This document shows, in pieces, positions 26,300 to 38,985 of a stretch of DNA of 64,000 nucleotides. The stretch covers positions 41,768,844-41,832,843 of the forward strand of contig NC_057728.1 of the NCBI RefSeq assembly GCF_004010195.1, written 5' to 3'. The position numbers and the translations under genes were made by a program. Source of the DNA: Chiloscyllium plagiosum (taxonomy: Eukaryota). The first letter of the stretch is position 1. Every line of letters begins with the position of its first letter. A model generated the notes under the pieces. That model did not search any database. It saw only the letters and a list, made by a program, of their open reading frames with translations, and was not told where the DNA came from.

Positions 26300-28470
26300 A
26301 CTATTTTGCCATATCATTAGTCAAGTGACACTTTGGGTGGAATTTCATTTTCTGTTAAAGTGCTTTGTCAAGCGAGATTCATGGTCTCCAGTCTGTCCAT
26401 GGTTTGGAGTGATTTTTCTCACACAAACATCTGCTCTTTACCTCATGTTCCTATAACTGGACTCTTGTGTGTCCTTCTTGAAGAATCATGACGGTTCTTA
26501 CTATGGCTGGGACTATCCACCGTTCACACTGATGACACCATGTTTGAAGCCCAGCTGCACACCACCTTAGAAACTGCAAGCCACGGACTGCCGCCCCCCC
26601 CATCACATGGTGATGCTCCATTATTAAGACCCAGAGCAAAGCAAAGCCTGCTCCCTGCTTTGCAGACAGGGACCTGGAAGTGCGAGTGGACCCTATGGTG
26701 GACAGGTGGGCTTTTTTGCTGGTGACTGTCACAGGAGGCCACAACACCAGACCCACCCAGTCTGAACCCAAATTGGAACTTTTGTTGTCACCATTACCCC
26801 CAGCAAGACCTTAGATTCCAAAGGATTTGCTCTTCCCACAAAGAAATATATAGTAACTTTCTGTGACTTTTCACGTGGTATCCGTCATTTTGTGTATCAT
26901 TGTACCGTTGACTTCTGATTCGACATGGCAAGGTTCCAACTTGTTTCAAAGTGACTTGCCAGATTTGCCCATGATTTCCCTGCCTCCAAATATTCCATTT
27001 GTGTTACTGTCCTGTGGCACTGATGATCTTTCAGCTTCCCCTAAACCATTTCCATGAGCCCCTTAATAGAACTACTAATGTCACAATTTTACACCCATAA
27101 CCCATGACTTTGGAAATTCCAATGCCTTTGGCTCTATACCTCCCCACATAGAAGCCATACCTGTGTGAAATCCTGACTTCCAGAGCTCCCGATCCCCGAG
27201 GTCTCACTCTACAATGTCTAGTTGGCCCTATACTGTCACCACTTTTACAGCAAGCCTGTACAATGAAACACAGTCCCAGACTTGAGTTACTTATTTTTGT
27301 GGACTGACTTCTCATAACCATTTGACCATTATTGACCAAAGTCCTGGGACTGACCATGTCCCACCCCTGGACTGACTTGGCAGAATGGCCTAAATTGACC
27401 ATGGTCCACCCCTTGGATAAAACACCGAGTAATTAGCCTGTATTTCCTGCACATGTCACTTGATCTCTGTATTACCATGGCCCAAACCCTGCTCTGCAAA
27501 GACGTAGATTCCTGAACTCTGGTAGAAGCAAATGTCTGACATCTTGTGGTCATCATTCTGGATTGAAATAAATCAAGTTTCTTGACTGAACATAGTCCCT
27601 CTTCACCTCATGAAGTACAGCTTCCCTTTGACTTTCATACATGACCATTTACTTGAAACACATGCAAGCACGTTTACTGTGTTAGCTGCTGGCACATGAT
27701 ACAGGTATGACATTGCCAATGAAAAGTGTCTCACAGTGATATGTCCACCTCTTTAACTGTTCTGTGCACTCCACTATGATAAGCTTCCAGCTTCACCCAA
27801 TGTGCTTAAAAATGATGTGATCCACAGAGGATGGCAGCCTGTAGCTAAGCACTAAAGACCCTGTTTGCTAAGATACAATGTGATCCACATGAAAGCTCAC
27901 AGCCTATAAGTCGGTGACTGTGCACTAAGAAAGCAATGTGAATATATACAGAGGCTGCAAGCCACGAAATAAGCACAAATTGAGTGAGCATTCAGGAACT
28001 AAGCTGAGAGACATAAAATGCATCCTGTGCACTTGTATAAGATGAATGCATGTCCCTGAAAGTAAAGTGACCTAGAAAAGCATGCAGGTGTCTGAGCTCT
28101 AAAGTAAAGTGTTAAAAATCTGGAATGGTTCATCCAAATGGAGGCATGATGATGTGGTGAGGCTGGTGGTTTGCTGCTACCAACGTTCATGGACGTTGAG
28201 GAGGATGGTGGCCATGGAGCATGAATGGACTTTGTTGTGGAGAAGTAGGTGAATGATGGCTGAGCACTGCTGCCAGATTGCCATTCACATTTTTATGGAG
28301 GGAATTTGCTCCATCAGAATTGGGGCTTTAATGAAAATCAAATGCCTGGAAATAGGTAATCACTGCTCAATGACACATTTTTGAAGTTGGGGTCACAGCT
28401 TGAGGAGAAAATTGTGAAAAAGTTTCTTGATGTCTAGATTCTGATTTTTACATTCTCTCTGTTTCTTGCC
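26300..28470 (-). mobile_element. Possible highly decayed Gypsy gag/protease-region relic
   Basis: Cys/His-rich remnants at 27800-28090, VNNGQMVM protease-like stretch at ~27320, WIVPAIV at ~26510; very degraded. Confidence 0.3.
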
Positions 28471-28607
28471 ACTGTTCATGCCACACCAAAGGAAAGAAAA
28501 ATTCTGTGCTCTGTTACTGTTATGTCAGGAATGGTAGAATAATAGTGCATTTTACAATTTATAGTCATTTTTGTTAGCTCCCCAGATTAACCCAGACTGT
28601 CTTTTAT

Positions 28608-29268
28608 TGAGTCATAGAGGCCTACAGCATGGCGACAGGCCCTTCGGCCTAACTTGTCCATGTGCCCAATTTTCACAATTAAACTAGTTACATTTGCCTG
28701 GATTTGTTCCATATCCCTCCATACCTATCCCATCCACATATCAGTCTAAATGTTTCTTAAATGGCAAAATTATACTTACTTCCACCACTACCTCTGGCAG
28801 GTTGTTCCAGACAGTCACCACTCCGTGTGTGAAAAAATATTGCTTCGCTGGATCCTTTTGTATATCTCCTGTCTCACTTTAAACCTATGCTCTGGGGAGA
28901 AACTGCAGGCTATCTATCTTATCTATGCCTCTCATGACTTTATAGACCTCTATAAGGTCATCCCTCAGTTTCCTAAACTTCACAGAAAAAAGTCCCAGCC
29001 TCTCCAACCTCTCCTTCAAACTCAAACTTTCCAGTCCAGGTAGCGTCCTAGTAAATCTTTTCTGTACTCTTTCTAGTTTAATAATATCCTTTCTGTAGTA
29101 GGGCATCAAGAGTTGCATGCAGTACTCCAAATGTGGCCTCACCAATGTCTTGTACAGCTGCAACAAGACATCCAGACTCCTATATTCACTACTCTGACTG
29201 ATGAAAGCAAGCATAGTGAAAGGTTTCTTCATCATACTATCCACCTGCGATGCTACTTTCAAGCAACT
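28608..29268 (-). mobile_element. CR1 LINE 3' fragment
   Basis: ORF 28885-29262 LYKTLVRPHLEYC..LERVQKRFTR..DLIEVYK; tail ctctatgactc. Confidence 0.95.
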
Positions 29269-30581
29269 AAGAACGTTATATGTTTCATCCTATTATTAAA
29301 AAGTCCAATTTTATATTGAATGCAATAAAAAGTAGGGTAACATTTTTGCAGTGGACGACAAATAAAATACTCCACTGATACACATCTGTCTACATGTATG
29401 GGCATTATTGCCTGTACAGACTAGCAGAACCTTTGCCTGTTCTCTGTCTGACAATAGCCTCAGAATATGGGACTGACCAACTTGTGGGGACAGGCTGATC
29501 AGTCTTTTGAGCTGGGAACAAATTCAGAGGCCCTTATGAGCCGCACATACAATTATAATGGTATGTGTTGTGTAATGGAAAAGTAATATGTTAATGATGC
29601 GGAGGTAAATGATGATGCTCCTCTGACATCAGCAGAGAGCCATGTGACCCAAGACTTGATTAGGAGAAGCAAGAAACACAATTAGAGAGCTGATTCAGTA
29701 TAATGTATATCGCCGTGCAAAAACAGACTTAATAAAACCTCCTGAAAGTGACAGAAAATTTATCAGAAATAAGGATAAGGAGAACATGCAGCAGAGTCAG
29801 TTTAGTAATTGTCTAGCTGGATAATGTTATCTCTATGAGTACATTGCAGACTCATCACCCAAGAGAACTCACAGTAGATTAGATTCCACAAAAGGACAAC
29901 AGTGCAGGCTTAAGGGAGATGCCCAATCCATAGATACAGTTTTGGCAGTCCACAGTGTGGACACAGTGAGGCTGTCTCAAAGCAGTACAGACATTTGTGT
30001 TAATAGTCCCGTTCTGTTCCTGAATTTTAGGGAGACAATCTACTGTTTAGGTAGCCATCGCTTCGGCTCTGCTGGATATTTGGAGCAGCACAGTGGCTGT
30101 GCGTGCATTCTGGCTTTATGATATCAGCACTGAAAGTACTCTTATCATTTTAAGGTTGGTACTAAGATAATTAATATTCATTTAAATGACACTTTTGAAA
30201 ATGTAGCATCTAATAAACTCTTTCAGAAAACATCAACTAATAAATATTCACTCAACCCACCAACAGAGATCAATATTTTGCAAACTGTTCCCCTGAAGAT
30301 ATTATTACCTACAGAAGGTACTCTGCTGAAAATGTGTTGCTGGAAAAGCGCAGCAGGTCAGGCAGCACCCAAGGATCAGGAGAATCGATGTTTCGGGCAT
30401 AAGCCCTTCTTCAGGAATGAGGAAAGTGAGTCCAGCAGGCTAAGATAAAAGGTAGGGAGGAGGGACTTGGGGGAGGTGCTTTGGAAATGCGATAGGTGGA
30501 GGGAGGTCAAGGTGAGGGTGATAGGCCGGAGTGGGATGGGGACGGAGAGGTCAGGAAGATGATTGCAGGTTAGGAAGGCGG

Positions 30582-31194
30582 NNNNNNNNNNNNNNNNNNN
30601 NNNNNNNNNNNNNNNNNNNNNNNNNNNNNNNNNNNNNNNNNNNNNNNNNNNNNNNNNNNNNNNNNNNNNNNNNNNNNNNNNNNNNNNNNNNNNNNNNNNN
30701 NNNNNNNNNNNNNNNNNNNNNNNNNNNNNNNNNNNNNNNNNNNNNNNNNNNNNNNNNNNNNNNNNNNNNNNNNNNNNNNNNNNNNNNNNNNNNNNNNNNN
30801 NNNNNNNNNNNNNNNNNNNNNNNNNNNNNNNNNNNNNNNNNNNNNNNNNNNNNNNNNNNNNNNNNNNNNNNNNNNNNNNNNNNNNNNNNNNNNNNNNNNN
30901 NNNNNNNNNNNNNNNNNNNNNNNNNNNNNNNNNNNNNNNNNNNNNNNNNNNNNNNNNNNNNNNNNNNNNNNNNNNNNNNNNNNNNNNNNNNNNNNNNNNN
31001 NNNNNNNNNNNNNNNNNNNNNNNNNNNNNNNNNNNNNNNNNNNNNNNNNNNNNNNNNNNNNNNNNNNNNNNNNNNNNNNNNNNNNNNNNNNNNNNNNNNN
31101 NNNNNNNNNNNNNNNNNNNNNNNNNNNNNNNNNNNNNNNNNNNNNNNNNNNNNNNNNNNNNNNNNNNNNNNNNNNNNNNNNNNNNNNNNNNNNN
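30582..31194. other. Assembly gap (N run)
   Basis: Continuous Ns at the centre of an inverted repeat. Confidence 1.
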
Positions 31195-31279
31195 CCCTCC
31201 ACCTATCGCATTTCCAACGCCCCTCACCCAAGTCCCTCCTCCCTACCTTTTATCTTAGCCTGCTGGACACACTTTCCTC

Positions 31280-31315
31280 ATTCCTGAAGAAGGGCTTATG
31301 CCCGAAACGTCGATT
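31280..31315 (+). ncRNA. Minimal hammerhead ribozyme motif (family A)
   Basis: attc-CTGAAGA-a-gggc ttat gccc-GAAA-C-GTC-gatt; complete core. Confidence 0.65.
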
Positions 31316-31959
31316 CTCCTGTTCTTTGGATGCTGCCTGACCTGCTGCACTTTTCCAGCAACACATTTTCAGCTCTGATCTCCAGCATCTGCAGCCCTCA
31401 CTTTCTCTCTACAGAAGGTACTTGTCAATTTAGCAAAAAAAAATTAACATAGCCAGTTTTTAACTCTGGTTTTCAGTTCACTTCTAATGAAGGGGATCAC
31501 TTCATGTGCCAGCTTAAATTACAGAAAGTATAGACCATTGAAATTTTCATGGCTTTAACGGCTTCTTCTTGCAATAATGGAAACAGGTAAACCTTTGATT
31601 CAATATGTTACATTTCCAAAAAGGTAGGTTGTTTTAATCATGAATGGTATGACCCTGAAGACCTTTGCAGTGATTTCTTTGCCTATTAAGAGAGTGGCCA
31701 TCAGCCTTAAGCATCAAACAAATGAATGACACAAGTCCCACCATTGGCAATGAATGCCTCATCAAACAGGATTGATGAAATTCACGCCTTGACTATTCAT
31801 CATCCTGCTATCTACAAAAAAGTGTTCCATAGCACTTTGCAAATAGGGACCACCTGCCCAGTTCTGAAACAGACGATGATGGACTGGGAAAAGGTAGTAG
31901 CAACTCAGTTTCTCTTCTTACCTGTTGTCCCCACACCACTCACATCCCACACAATGCTC

Positions 31960-32440
31960 AACATTGTTGGGATTGCAGGGAGTGGACATTGTTGAGGTTT
32001 CTGGGGTGAGCAAGCATTATCAAGGGTCCAGCAAGTGAACATTGTTGAGGGTTTTGGGTCAATATACAGTGAACTTTATCAGATGTCTTTGGGTGAGCAC
32101 TGTCAGGGCATAGGGGAAGGGTACACATTGTTGAGTGGTCGGGCATGGAGGGTGTGCATTATTGTGGAGTGAGGGATGGTGACCATTTTCAGACATTGTG
32201 AGCATGAATAAGACAAAGCCAGAGGTTAGTGCCAGCAGTGGGGAGGAGTGCAGGTGAATAGTGTGTTGGTGAACATTGCTAGGAGGTGCAGGGGGATGAC
32301 AATTGGGTGTCTGAGTGCTGTCAGGGGATACAACAAAGGTAAATATTGTCAGAAATGCAGCAGGATTAGCATTGTCAGATATTTGTGAGGTGCATGGACA
32401 TTGTCAGGGGAGTATGGTGGAAATGAACATTATCAGGTCC
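31960..32440 (+). repeat. Decayed G-rich minisatellite, ~25-nt period, core gtgaacattgtcagg
   Basis: More than a dozen variants of (g/a)acattgt(t/c) with G-rich spacers. Confidence 0.65.
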
Positions 32441-32699
32441 ACTACAGATCCGGTTAAAATCCTTGCAGTTCAATGAACAGAAAGCAGATTTTAAGAGGCA
32501 TGTTTTAAGTTCACGATAAGAAAGGGAAAATTAGAGCTATTAACACATAGGTCAAAGACTGGTGTTGAAAAAATGGGTTGCAGTTCATGGGTTATTGGCA
32601 ACAATAATGGAGAAAGTGGGGGTCTACATTTGAACTGTGCTGGGGCCAGTGTTCTTGCAAATCACATTACAAGGGAAGTTGAGAGCATTTTAATGTAAA

Positions 32700-33249
32700 T
32701 AGAATCCCTATAATGCAGAAGAAGGTCAATTGGCTGATTGAGTTAAAAACAATGACTGCAGATGCTGGAAACCAGATTCTGGATAAGTGGTACTGGAAGA
32801 GCACAGCAGTTCAGGCAGCATCCAAGGAGCTTCGAAATCGAAGTTTCGGGCAAAAGCCCTTCATCAGGGCTTTTGCCCGAAACGTCGATTTCGAAGCTCC
32901 TTGGATGCTGCCTGAACTGCTGTGCTCTTCCAGCACCACTAATCCAGAATTTGGCTGATTGAGTCCACACCAACCCTCTGAACAGCATCTCACCTAGATC
33001 TAGCCCCCTACTGTATCCCTGGGCTTACCGGGACTAATCCACCTAGCCTACACATCCCTGAATACTACAGACAATTTTGTTCTCAAGGACAGCCAATCCA
33101 CCTAACCTGTATATTTTTGGACTGTGGGAGGACACTGGAGCATCCAGTAGAAACCCGCACAAACACGGGAGAACTCCGCACAGTCACCTGAGGCTGGAAT
33201 TGTACCCAGGTCCCTGGTACTCTGAGGCAGCAGTGCTAGCCACTGTGTC
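32700..33249 (-). mobile_element. tRNA-derived SINE (HE1/V-SINE-like) interrupted by a PLE
   Basis: tgaggcagcagtgctagccactgtg, tttggactgtgggagg and agaatccctata are reverse complements of the head, body and tail. Confidence 0.85.
32744..32950. mobile_element. Palindromic non-autonomous PLE (family A variant) with 14-bp TSD
   Basis: ~85-bp inverted arms meet at cttcatcagggc; TSD ttggctgattgagt at 32730-32743 and 32951-32964. Confidence 0.88.
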
Positions 33250-34254
33250 ACTTCATAGTGAGGGAAAGGGAACAAATGTAGAGCTATGTACAATAAAGAA
33301 TAAAGATGAGGTAAAAGATGAAAACATTATTTGGAAATGACAGTTAGACAATGGTAGGAAGGGGTACAGAGAAAAATGAATATACTGACAACCAAGACTA
33401 GATGTCACAAAGATAACTAAAAGACAAAACTAAAGACATTGTACCAGAATGTGTATAGCATTCTTAACATAGTTAACAATTTGATGAAGTACTTTGAAGT
33501 AAATAAATACTATTTGATAGCAATTATAGAGACATAGCTTCAGAATGAAAATAATTGAGTCCTGCATATTTAAGGTATATGACATTCAAGAAAAATAGAA
33601 AGCCAAGTAAAGGTGGTGGGGTAGCGGCGTTAATCAAGGATGGTATTTATACGATAGAGATTATGGTGGTTTGGGTGGACATAACGAACAGCAAAGGAAC
33701 AAAGTAACTAATAGGAATGCTCTATAAGTGGTCTAACAGGAATTACATTGTGGGACAAAGTATTCAAGAAGAAATATTAGATTTTTGTGATAAAGTGACA
33801 GCAATAACTATGGGTGATTTCAATTGAATATAAACAAGAAAAATCAGATTGGCAGTAGTAGCCTGGATGAGAATTTGACTAAACCCTTTTAAGATAGTTT
33901 CTTAGAGCAGCATGTTTTGGAAATGACCTGAGAGAAAGTTTTATTGACCTTGGTATTGCATATTGTGACAGGATTAATTAATGACCTTAGAATTAAAGCA
34001 CACCAAGGTAGCAGTGACCACAATATGATTAAATTTCATATCCCAATTGAAATGGAGAAGATCAGGTCTAAGGCATGTATTTTAAACTTAAATAAGGGCA
34101 ACTGTGTGGGCATGAAAGCTGAGCTGAAATGTATTGGCACACTAGGGGATAAATGAAAAGTGACACAGTGGCAGACATTTGAAAAAAAATTCAGAATACT
34201 CTGAATAACTATATCCTTACTATAAAGATGAGATTATGAGAGGACCCACCATCC

Positions 34255-35190
34255 ATAGCTATAGGGAGAGGTTGAGTAGGCTAGGGCTGTTTTTCCTGGA
34301 GCATTGGAGGTTTAGAGTGACCGTTATAGAGGTTTATGAAATCATGAGGGGCACAGATAGGGTAAATAGACAGTCTTTTCCCTGCCGTGTTGGAGTCCAG
34401 AATAGAGGACATAGATTTGGGGTGAGGGGGAAAGATATAAAAGAGGCCTCTGCATGAAAAAGCCTCTATTTAAGAAAGGTGGTAAGGAAACACCAGGGAC
34501 CTGTGAGCCTGATATCGGTGGTAGACAAGTTGTTGGAGAGAACCCTGAGGGATAGGATTTATATGTATTTGGAAAGGCAAAGACTGATTAGGGATAGTCA
34601 GCATGGCTTTGTGTGCGGGAAATCATGTCTTACGAGCTTGACTGAGTTTTCTGAAGAAGTAACAAAGAGAATTGATGAGGGCAGAGCGGTAGACGTGATC
34701 TATATGAACTTCAGTAAGGCATTCAACAAGGTTTCTCATGGGGGACTGGATAGCAAGGTTAGATCTCAAAGAATACAAGGAGAACTAGCCATTTGGATAC
34801 AGAACTAGCTATTGGTAGAAGACAGAGGGTGGTGATGGAGGGCTGTTTTTAAGACTGGAGGCCTGTGATCAGTGATGTGCCATAAGGATTGGTGCTGGGT
34901 CCACTGCTTTTCATCATTTATATAAATGATTTTGATGTGAACATAGGTGGTATGGTTAGTAAGTTTGCAAATGACACCAAAATTGGAGGTGTAGTGGATA
35001 GCAAAGAAGGTTACTTCAGAGTACAATGGGATCTTGATCAGATGCGCCAATGGGCTGAGGAGTGGCAGATGGAGTTTAATTTACATAAATGTGAAGTGCT
35101 GCATTTTGGAAAAGCAAATCAGAGCAGGACTTATGCTCTTTATAGTAATGTCATGGGGAGGTGTTGCTGAACAAAGAGACCTTGGAGTGG
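34255..35190 (+). mobile_element. Younger CR1 pieces nested in the old CR1
   Basis: ORF 34236 (SYRERLSRLGLF), 34479 (DSQHGFVCGKSCL..NFSKAFNKV) and 34889 (VLGPLLF..KFANDTK). Confidence 0.9.
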
Positions 35191-35313
35191 CTGACAGAGA
35201 TAAACATGAGTGTCAGAGGTTCTGTTCACTCTGATAGCTGGCTCTGAAGGAACTGGATTCTCCATATGTAAATAAAGGGTGACTCTGTGACGGGATACTG
35301 TGGAGTTAGTTCA
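35190..35313 (+). mobile_element. Probable LTR fragment
   Basis: polyA signal in gtaaataaagggtgact and end ggagttagttca; resembles a recalled shark Gypsy LTR 3' end. Confidence 0.4.
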
Positions 35314-35963
35314 GATGGGTGCTGATAGGTACTTAACCTGCACATCTTTGGATTGTGGGTGAAATAATCAAGTATTTTGCTCTGCCTTCATTATAGAGTA
35401 TACAAAATACATTCCAGTAGTAGCTGTGATGAGGAAGTGGAAGGGAGAGAGAAACTTATTGAAATTATACTCAAGAGTGACCTTGTACCTAGCATCCTCA
35501 TGGAGCTGTAGGCTGACTAGTCTTTGGGTCCAGATGAGCTTCATTCTAAGATCTTAAAAAAGGTGGCAATGAGGTATCAATGAGTTGGTGTTAATTTTCC
35601 AAACTTCCTTTGATTCAGGAAAAGTTCAATTGTAATGGAAATAGTAAAGACAATCTCTCTATTCCAGAAGGGAGGGAGGCAGAAAACAGGCAACTAAGAG
35701 GCAGTTAGCTTGACATCTGTCATGGGTAAGGTATTAGAATTGTTCGTTAAAGAGGTTAAAAGCATGCACTCAGAAAAACTTATGGAAATCGGGAAGAGTC
35801 AGCATGGTTTTGTCAAATGGTTTAACCAATACAATGGAGTTCTTTGGATAAATAATAGGTGCTGTTGATGAAGACAAGACTGTAAACATACAAAACTTGG
35901 ATTTCCAGAGGTATTTGATCAGGTGCTACATCAAAGGTTATTAGAAAGTAACAGCTTATGATC

Positions 35964-36085
35964 TTCACCTGACAAAGGCACTCTGAAAGCTTATGATTTC
36001 AAATAAGTCTGTTGAACTATAACCTGGTGTCATGTGACTTCTGACTTTGTCCACCACAATCCAACACTGGCACTTCCACATCATG
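35964..36085 (+). mobile_element. PLE family B terminal fragment, decayed HHR
   Basis: cacctgacaaaggcactctgaaagctt..ctataacctggtgtc..ccaacactggcacttccacatcat. Confidence 0.75.
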
Positions 36086-37275
36086 GGGTAAGACATTCAT
36101 GTGGACAGCAAGTTGTCTGGCTGACAGAAAATAGCAAGCATGCAAAAGTGGGTCTTGTTTGGATGTGACAAGTAGAGTTCCACAGGGTTCTGTGTTGGGG
36201 CCTCAGGTTTTTACAATTTATACACATTACTGAGATGTGGGGGAGTATTGTACCTAAGCATTGTACCTAAATTTATAGATAATACAACGTGAAGTAGACA
36301 AGTACATTGTGAAGAAGGCATAAGGAGGTTGCAAACAGAAATAGACAGGTTAAATAAGCAGCCAGACAATCTGGCATGTGGGAAAATGTGGAGTAGTTCA
36401 CTTTGGTAGGAAGAATAAAAAAAGCACAGGATTACTTAAATGGAGAACAACTGCAGAAATCTGAGGTGAAGAGAGATTTAAGTGTTCTGGTACGTGAGTC
36501 ACATTAAGTTAGTATACAGGTACATCATGTAACCAAGAAGGCTGTTATTTTTTATTACAAGAGGAATTGAATATAATAGTAGGGATGCTACGCTGCATTT
36601 ATGCAGGATATTGGCGAGACCACATCTTGAATACTGTGAAAAAGGCTGCAAATGCAATGGAGGTGGTTCAGAGGAGGTTAATTAGAGAGATAATCTGAAT
36701 GAGCCGGTTGTGTTATGAGAAATGGTTTGGACAGATTGGGCCTGTTTTCACTGGATTTCAAAAGAGTGAGGGGTGACTTGATTAAGTGTATAAGATGCTG
36801 AATGGTCTAGACAAGGTGGACATGGAAAGCATGCTTTTTGTATGGTTCAGTCCAGAAATTATTTTAAAATTTGGCGTTGCATTTTCAAGACGAGTTGAGA
36901 AGTTTTTTTTCTCTTATAGGATTGTATGTCTTTGGAAGTGTACCTTAGGAGGTGGTGGAGGTGGGTCCACTGAAAATTTGGATAGATACTTGTTAAGCAG
37001 GGGATTTAACAGCAGGAGTAGATAGAAAAGTGGAATTTGAATCTCCAACAGATCAGACATGATCTTATTGAATGGTGAAGTAGACTTAAGGAGTTGAATA
37101 CTCTCCTTCTGATTTCACGTATTTGTATTTTTTAAGTGGGGAACCCCTTGCTTCCAAATAGCCAGCACTAGCTCTACTCAGAGGTGTGAAAGTTCAAGGA
37201 GGGTCTTTTGTGGGATGAAAGCAATGTAGCAGCTATGAGGAGATCCTATGTAAATTGCATAAATATCTTATGGTT

Positions 37276-37568
37276 CAAAGTTAAAAATCACATGCCAGGT
37301 TATAATCCAACAGGTTTAATTAGAAGCACTAGCTTTCAGACGCTGCTCCTTCATTAGGTGATTGTGGAGTACACAATTGTAAGACACAGAATTTATAGCA
37401 AAGGTTTACAATGTGATGTAACTGAAATTATACATTGAAAAATGCCTTGATTGTTTGTTAAATCTCTCATCTGTTAGAATGACCATTCTTTCATATGTAA
37501 ATCACAAACTTTTTTTTAAAAGTTATATTCTCAGGTTAACTTTAACAGTTGGTGTCAGCCCAGATAAC
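37276..37568 (-). mobile_element. PLE family B 3' region
   Basis: caaagttaaaaatcac..gcactagctttcagacgctgctccttcattaggtg; minus-strand core reads CTAATGA (G5 mutated). Confidence 0.75.
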
Positions 37569-37684
37569 ATCCAAATCATATCTTGTGGTTGTATGTTAGC
37601 TGTACAATAAGGGAGTGGACATTCTTGCAATCCTGGGTGATAATTGCCAAATGTGTGTAATTGATGTTGCCATTTATCTGTGAG

Positions 37685-37767
37685 AAGGGCTTATGCCTGA
37701 AACGTCGATTCTCCTGTTCCTTGTATGCTGCCTGACCTGCTGCGCTTTTCCAGCAACACATTTTCAG
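37685..37767 (+). mobile_element. Short PLE family A insertion with 14-bp TSD
   Basis: aagggcttatgcctgaaacgtcg..cacattttcag flanked by catttatctgtgag at 37671-37684 and 37768-37781. Confidence 0.88.
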
Positions 37768-38167
37768 CATTTATCTGTGAGTAGCTAATCACAGCCAGAC
37801 CCTTAAACCAATGCATTGTTCTGTCTGATGTTCTCTTGGTGACAAGGCATGTGTAATAGTGCATCAGTTCTTTGTGTAAGACATGTGTAGATGCCGCCTA
37901 TGAACTGCTTCTGCTACTGATGGTGTTCCACCCATGCCTTTTGCATTGCTTCTTCTCCTCTTGGCTGGGATCTTCAGGACCAAGCTATGCAGCATAAGCA
38001 GCACCCATGCTGATCTGATCAACTGTAGCTACAAAGTAGGACTCAAAGAGACTCCACAGTGTTAAAAGTCACCTCCAAGGCAGTGAAAAGTAAAACAGAA
38101 CAAGTCTGTGACTGAAAGGCTTTCACACAATTAGGAAAGGAATCAGCTGGAGGGTGTCAGCACTTAC

Positions 38168-38255
38168 AGGAATTTTTTTCAGCTCCTTCAATTGCTGCTG
38201 TTTTATCACCTTGCTTTCAGTGACAAGCTCCAGGAAGTCTGGGAAATACATGCAC
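38168..38255 (-). CDS. Candidate exon 2 of an unidentified transcript
   Basis: Acceptor attttattgtag|G, donor CCT|gtaagt; in frame with exon 1 (VCMYFPDFLELVTESKVIKQQQLKELKKIP). Confidence 0.25.
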
Positions 38256-38336
38256 CTACAATAAAATCACTCTAAATGAGCTACTGTATTAACATATTGA
38301 AATTAAGAGCCCATTTCTCCCAAGAGGGTTACTCAC

Positions 38337-38553
38337 ACGCAAGCTAACATGCTGCACATATAGTTACATACTGTATACATTAGTTCTATTATTAACTGAG
38401 CTAACAGCCCTATGGACATCCTTCCTGTATGTTCAATCCCTGTACTGGCTCTGGTAGATCCTGAAGGCCATCCTCTGAGCGTCCTCCGTGTGGATCGATG
38501 GTTCTCAAGCCATACTGTACAGTATTCCCTTTCTAAAAGTTGTAGCTGCTTCC
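38337..38553 (-). CDS. Candidate exon 1 of an unidentified transcript
   Basis: Acceptor tacacttttcag|G, donor GT|gtgagt, one open frame (KQLQLLEREYC...MLAC); no recognisable protein similarity. Confidence 0.25.
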
Positions 38554-38839
38554 CTGAAAAGTGTAACTTTAAATAAAACAGTTTTAAGCATGTCAGATTT
38601 TCCATTTCAACCAATGTGAAAGGTTTAGTTATGTTCTGTTGGATTGTTCCTGTCAGAAAAAAAATTAAAATATTATATCCTGTAATACTATATATGGTAA
38701 GTTATTATAATCATAAGCTAAATAACATATATAGTAAAATAAATTTAAAGCCATAAAATAAATATTCTAACTCTTTCCACTTCCCTCTCCCATTTACCAT
38801 TGTTCCTGCCTGCTGCCTCTCTGACCCTCCTACTTACAG

Positions 38840-38985
38840 GCAAAAGTGAGGACTGCAGATGCTGGAGATCAGAGTCAAGATTAGTGTGGTTCTGGAAAAG
38901 CACAGCAGGTCAGGCAGCATCTGAGGAGCAGGAAAATCGATGTTTTTGGCAAAATCCCTTCATCAGGAATCTGACCTGCTGTGTT
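38840..38985 (-). mobile_element. Short PLE family A insertion with partial inverted arm and 14-bp TSD
   Basis: aaagtgaggactgcagatgctgg..cccttcatcaggaat then ctgacctgctgtg; TSD cctcctacttacag at 38826-38839 and 38986-38999. Confidence 0.85.

Larger units (their letters stand above)
30323..31408. mobile_element. Long palindromic PLE (family A) with 14-bp TSD; centre unresolved
   Basis: The left arm (30323-30581) contains the reverse complement of 31195-31373; TSD ctacagaaggtact at 30309-30322 and 31409-31422. Confidence 0.88.
33400..37120 (+). mobile_element. Old CR1 LINE (endonuclease, RT, 3' end) with nested insertions
   Basis: AIIET (~33520), GKGGGVAALI, MGDFN, GSSDHNMI, SQHGF (~35800), RVPQGSVLGP (~36180), RPHLEYC, tail catgatcttattgaatggt. 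Confidence 0.85.

Noticed and set aside
29608..29628. atgatga...ctga as a C/D snoRNA
   Set aside because: Boxes are only ~7 nt apart, leaving no room for a guide
30376..31340. 200-280 aa ORFs spanning the second N run
   Set aside because: Gap artefacts
31960..32440. Repeat-spacer pattern resembling a CRISPR array
   Set aside because: Repeats are short and degenerate, spacers are low complexity, the context is eukaryotic and there are no cas genes
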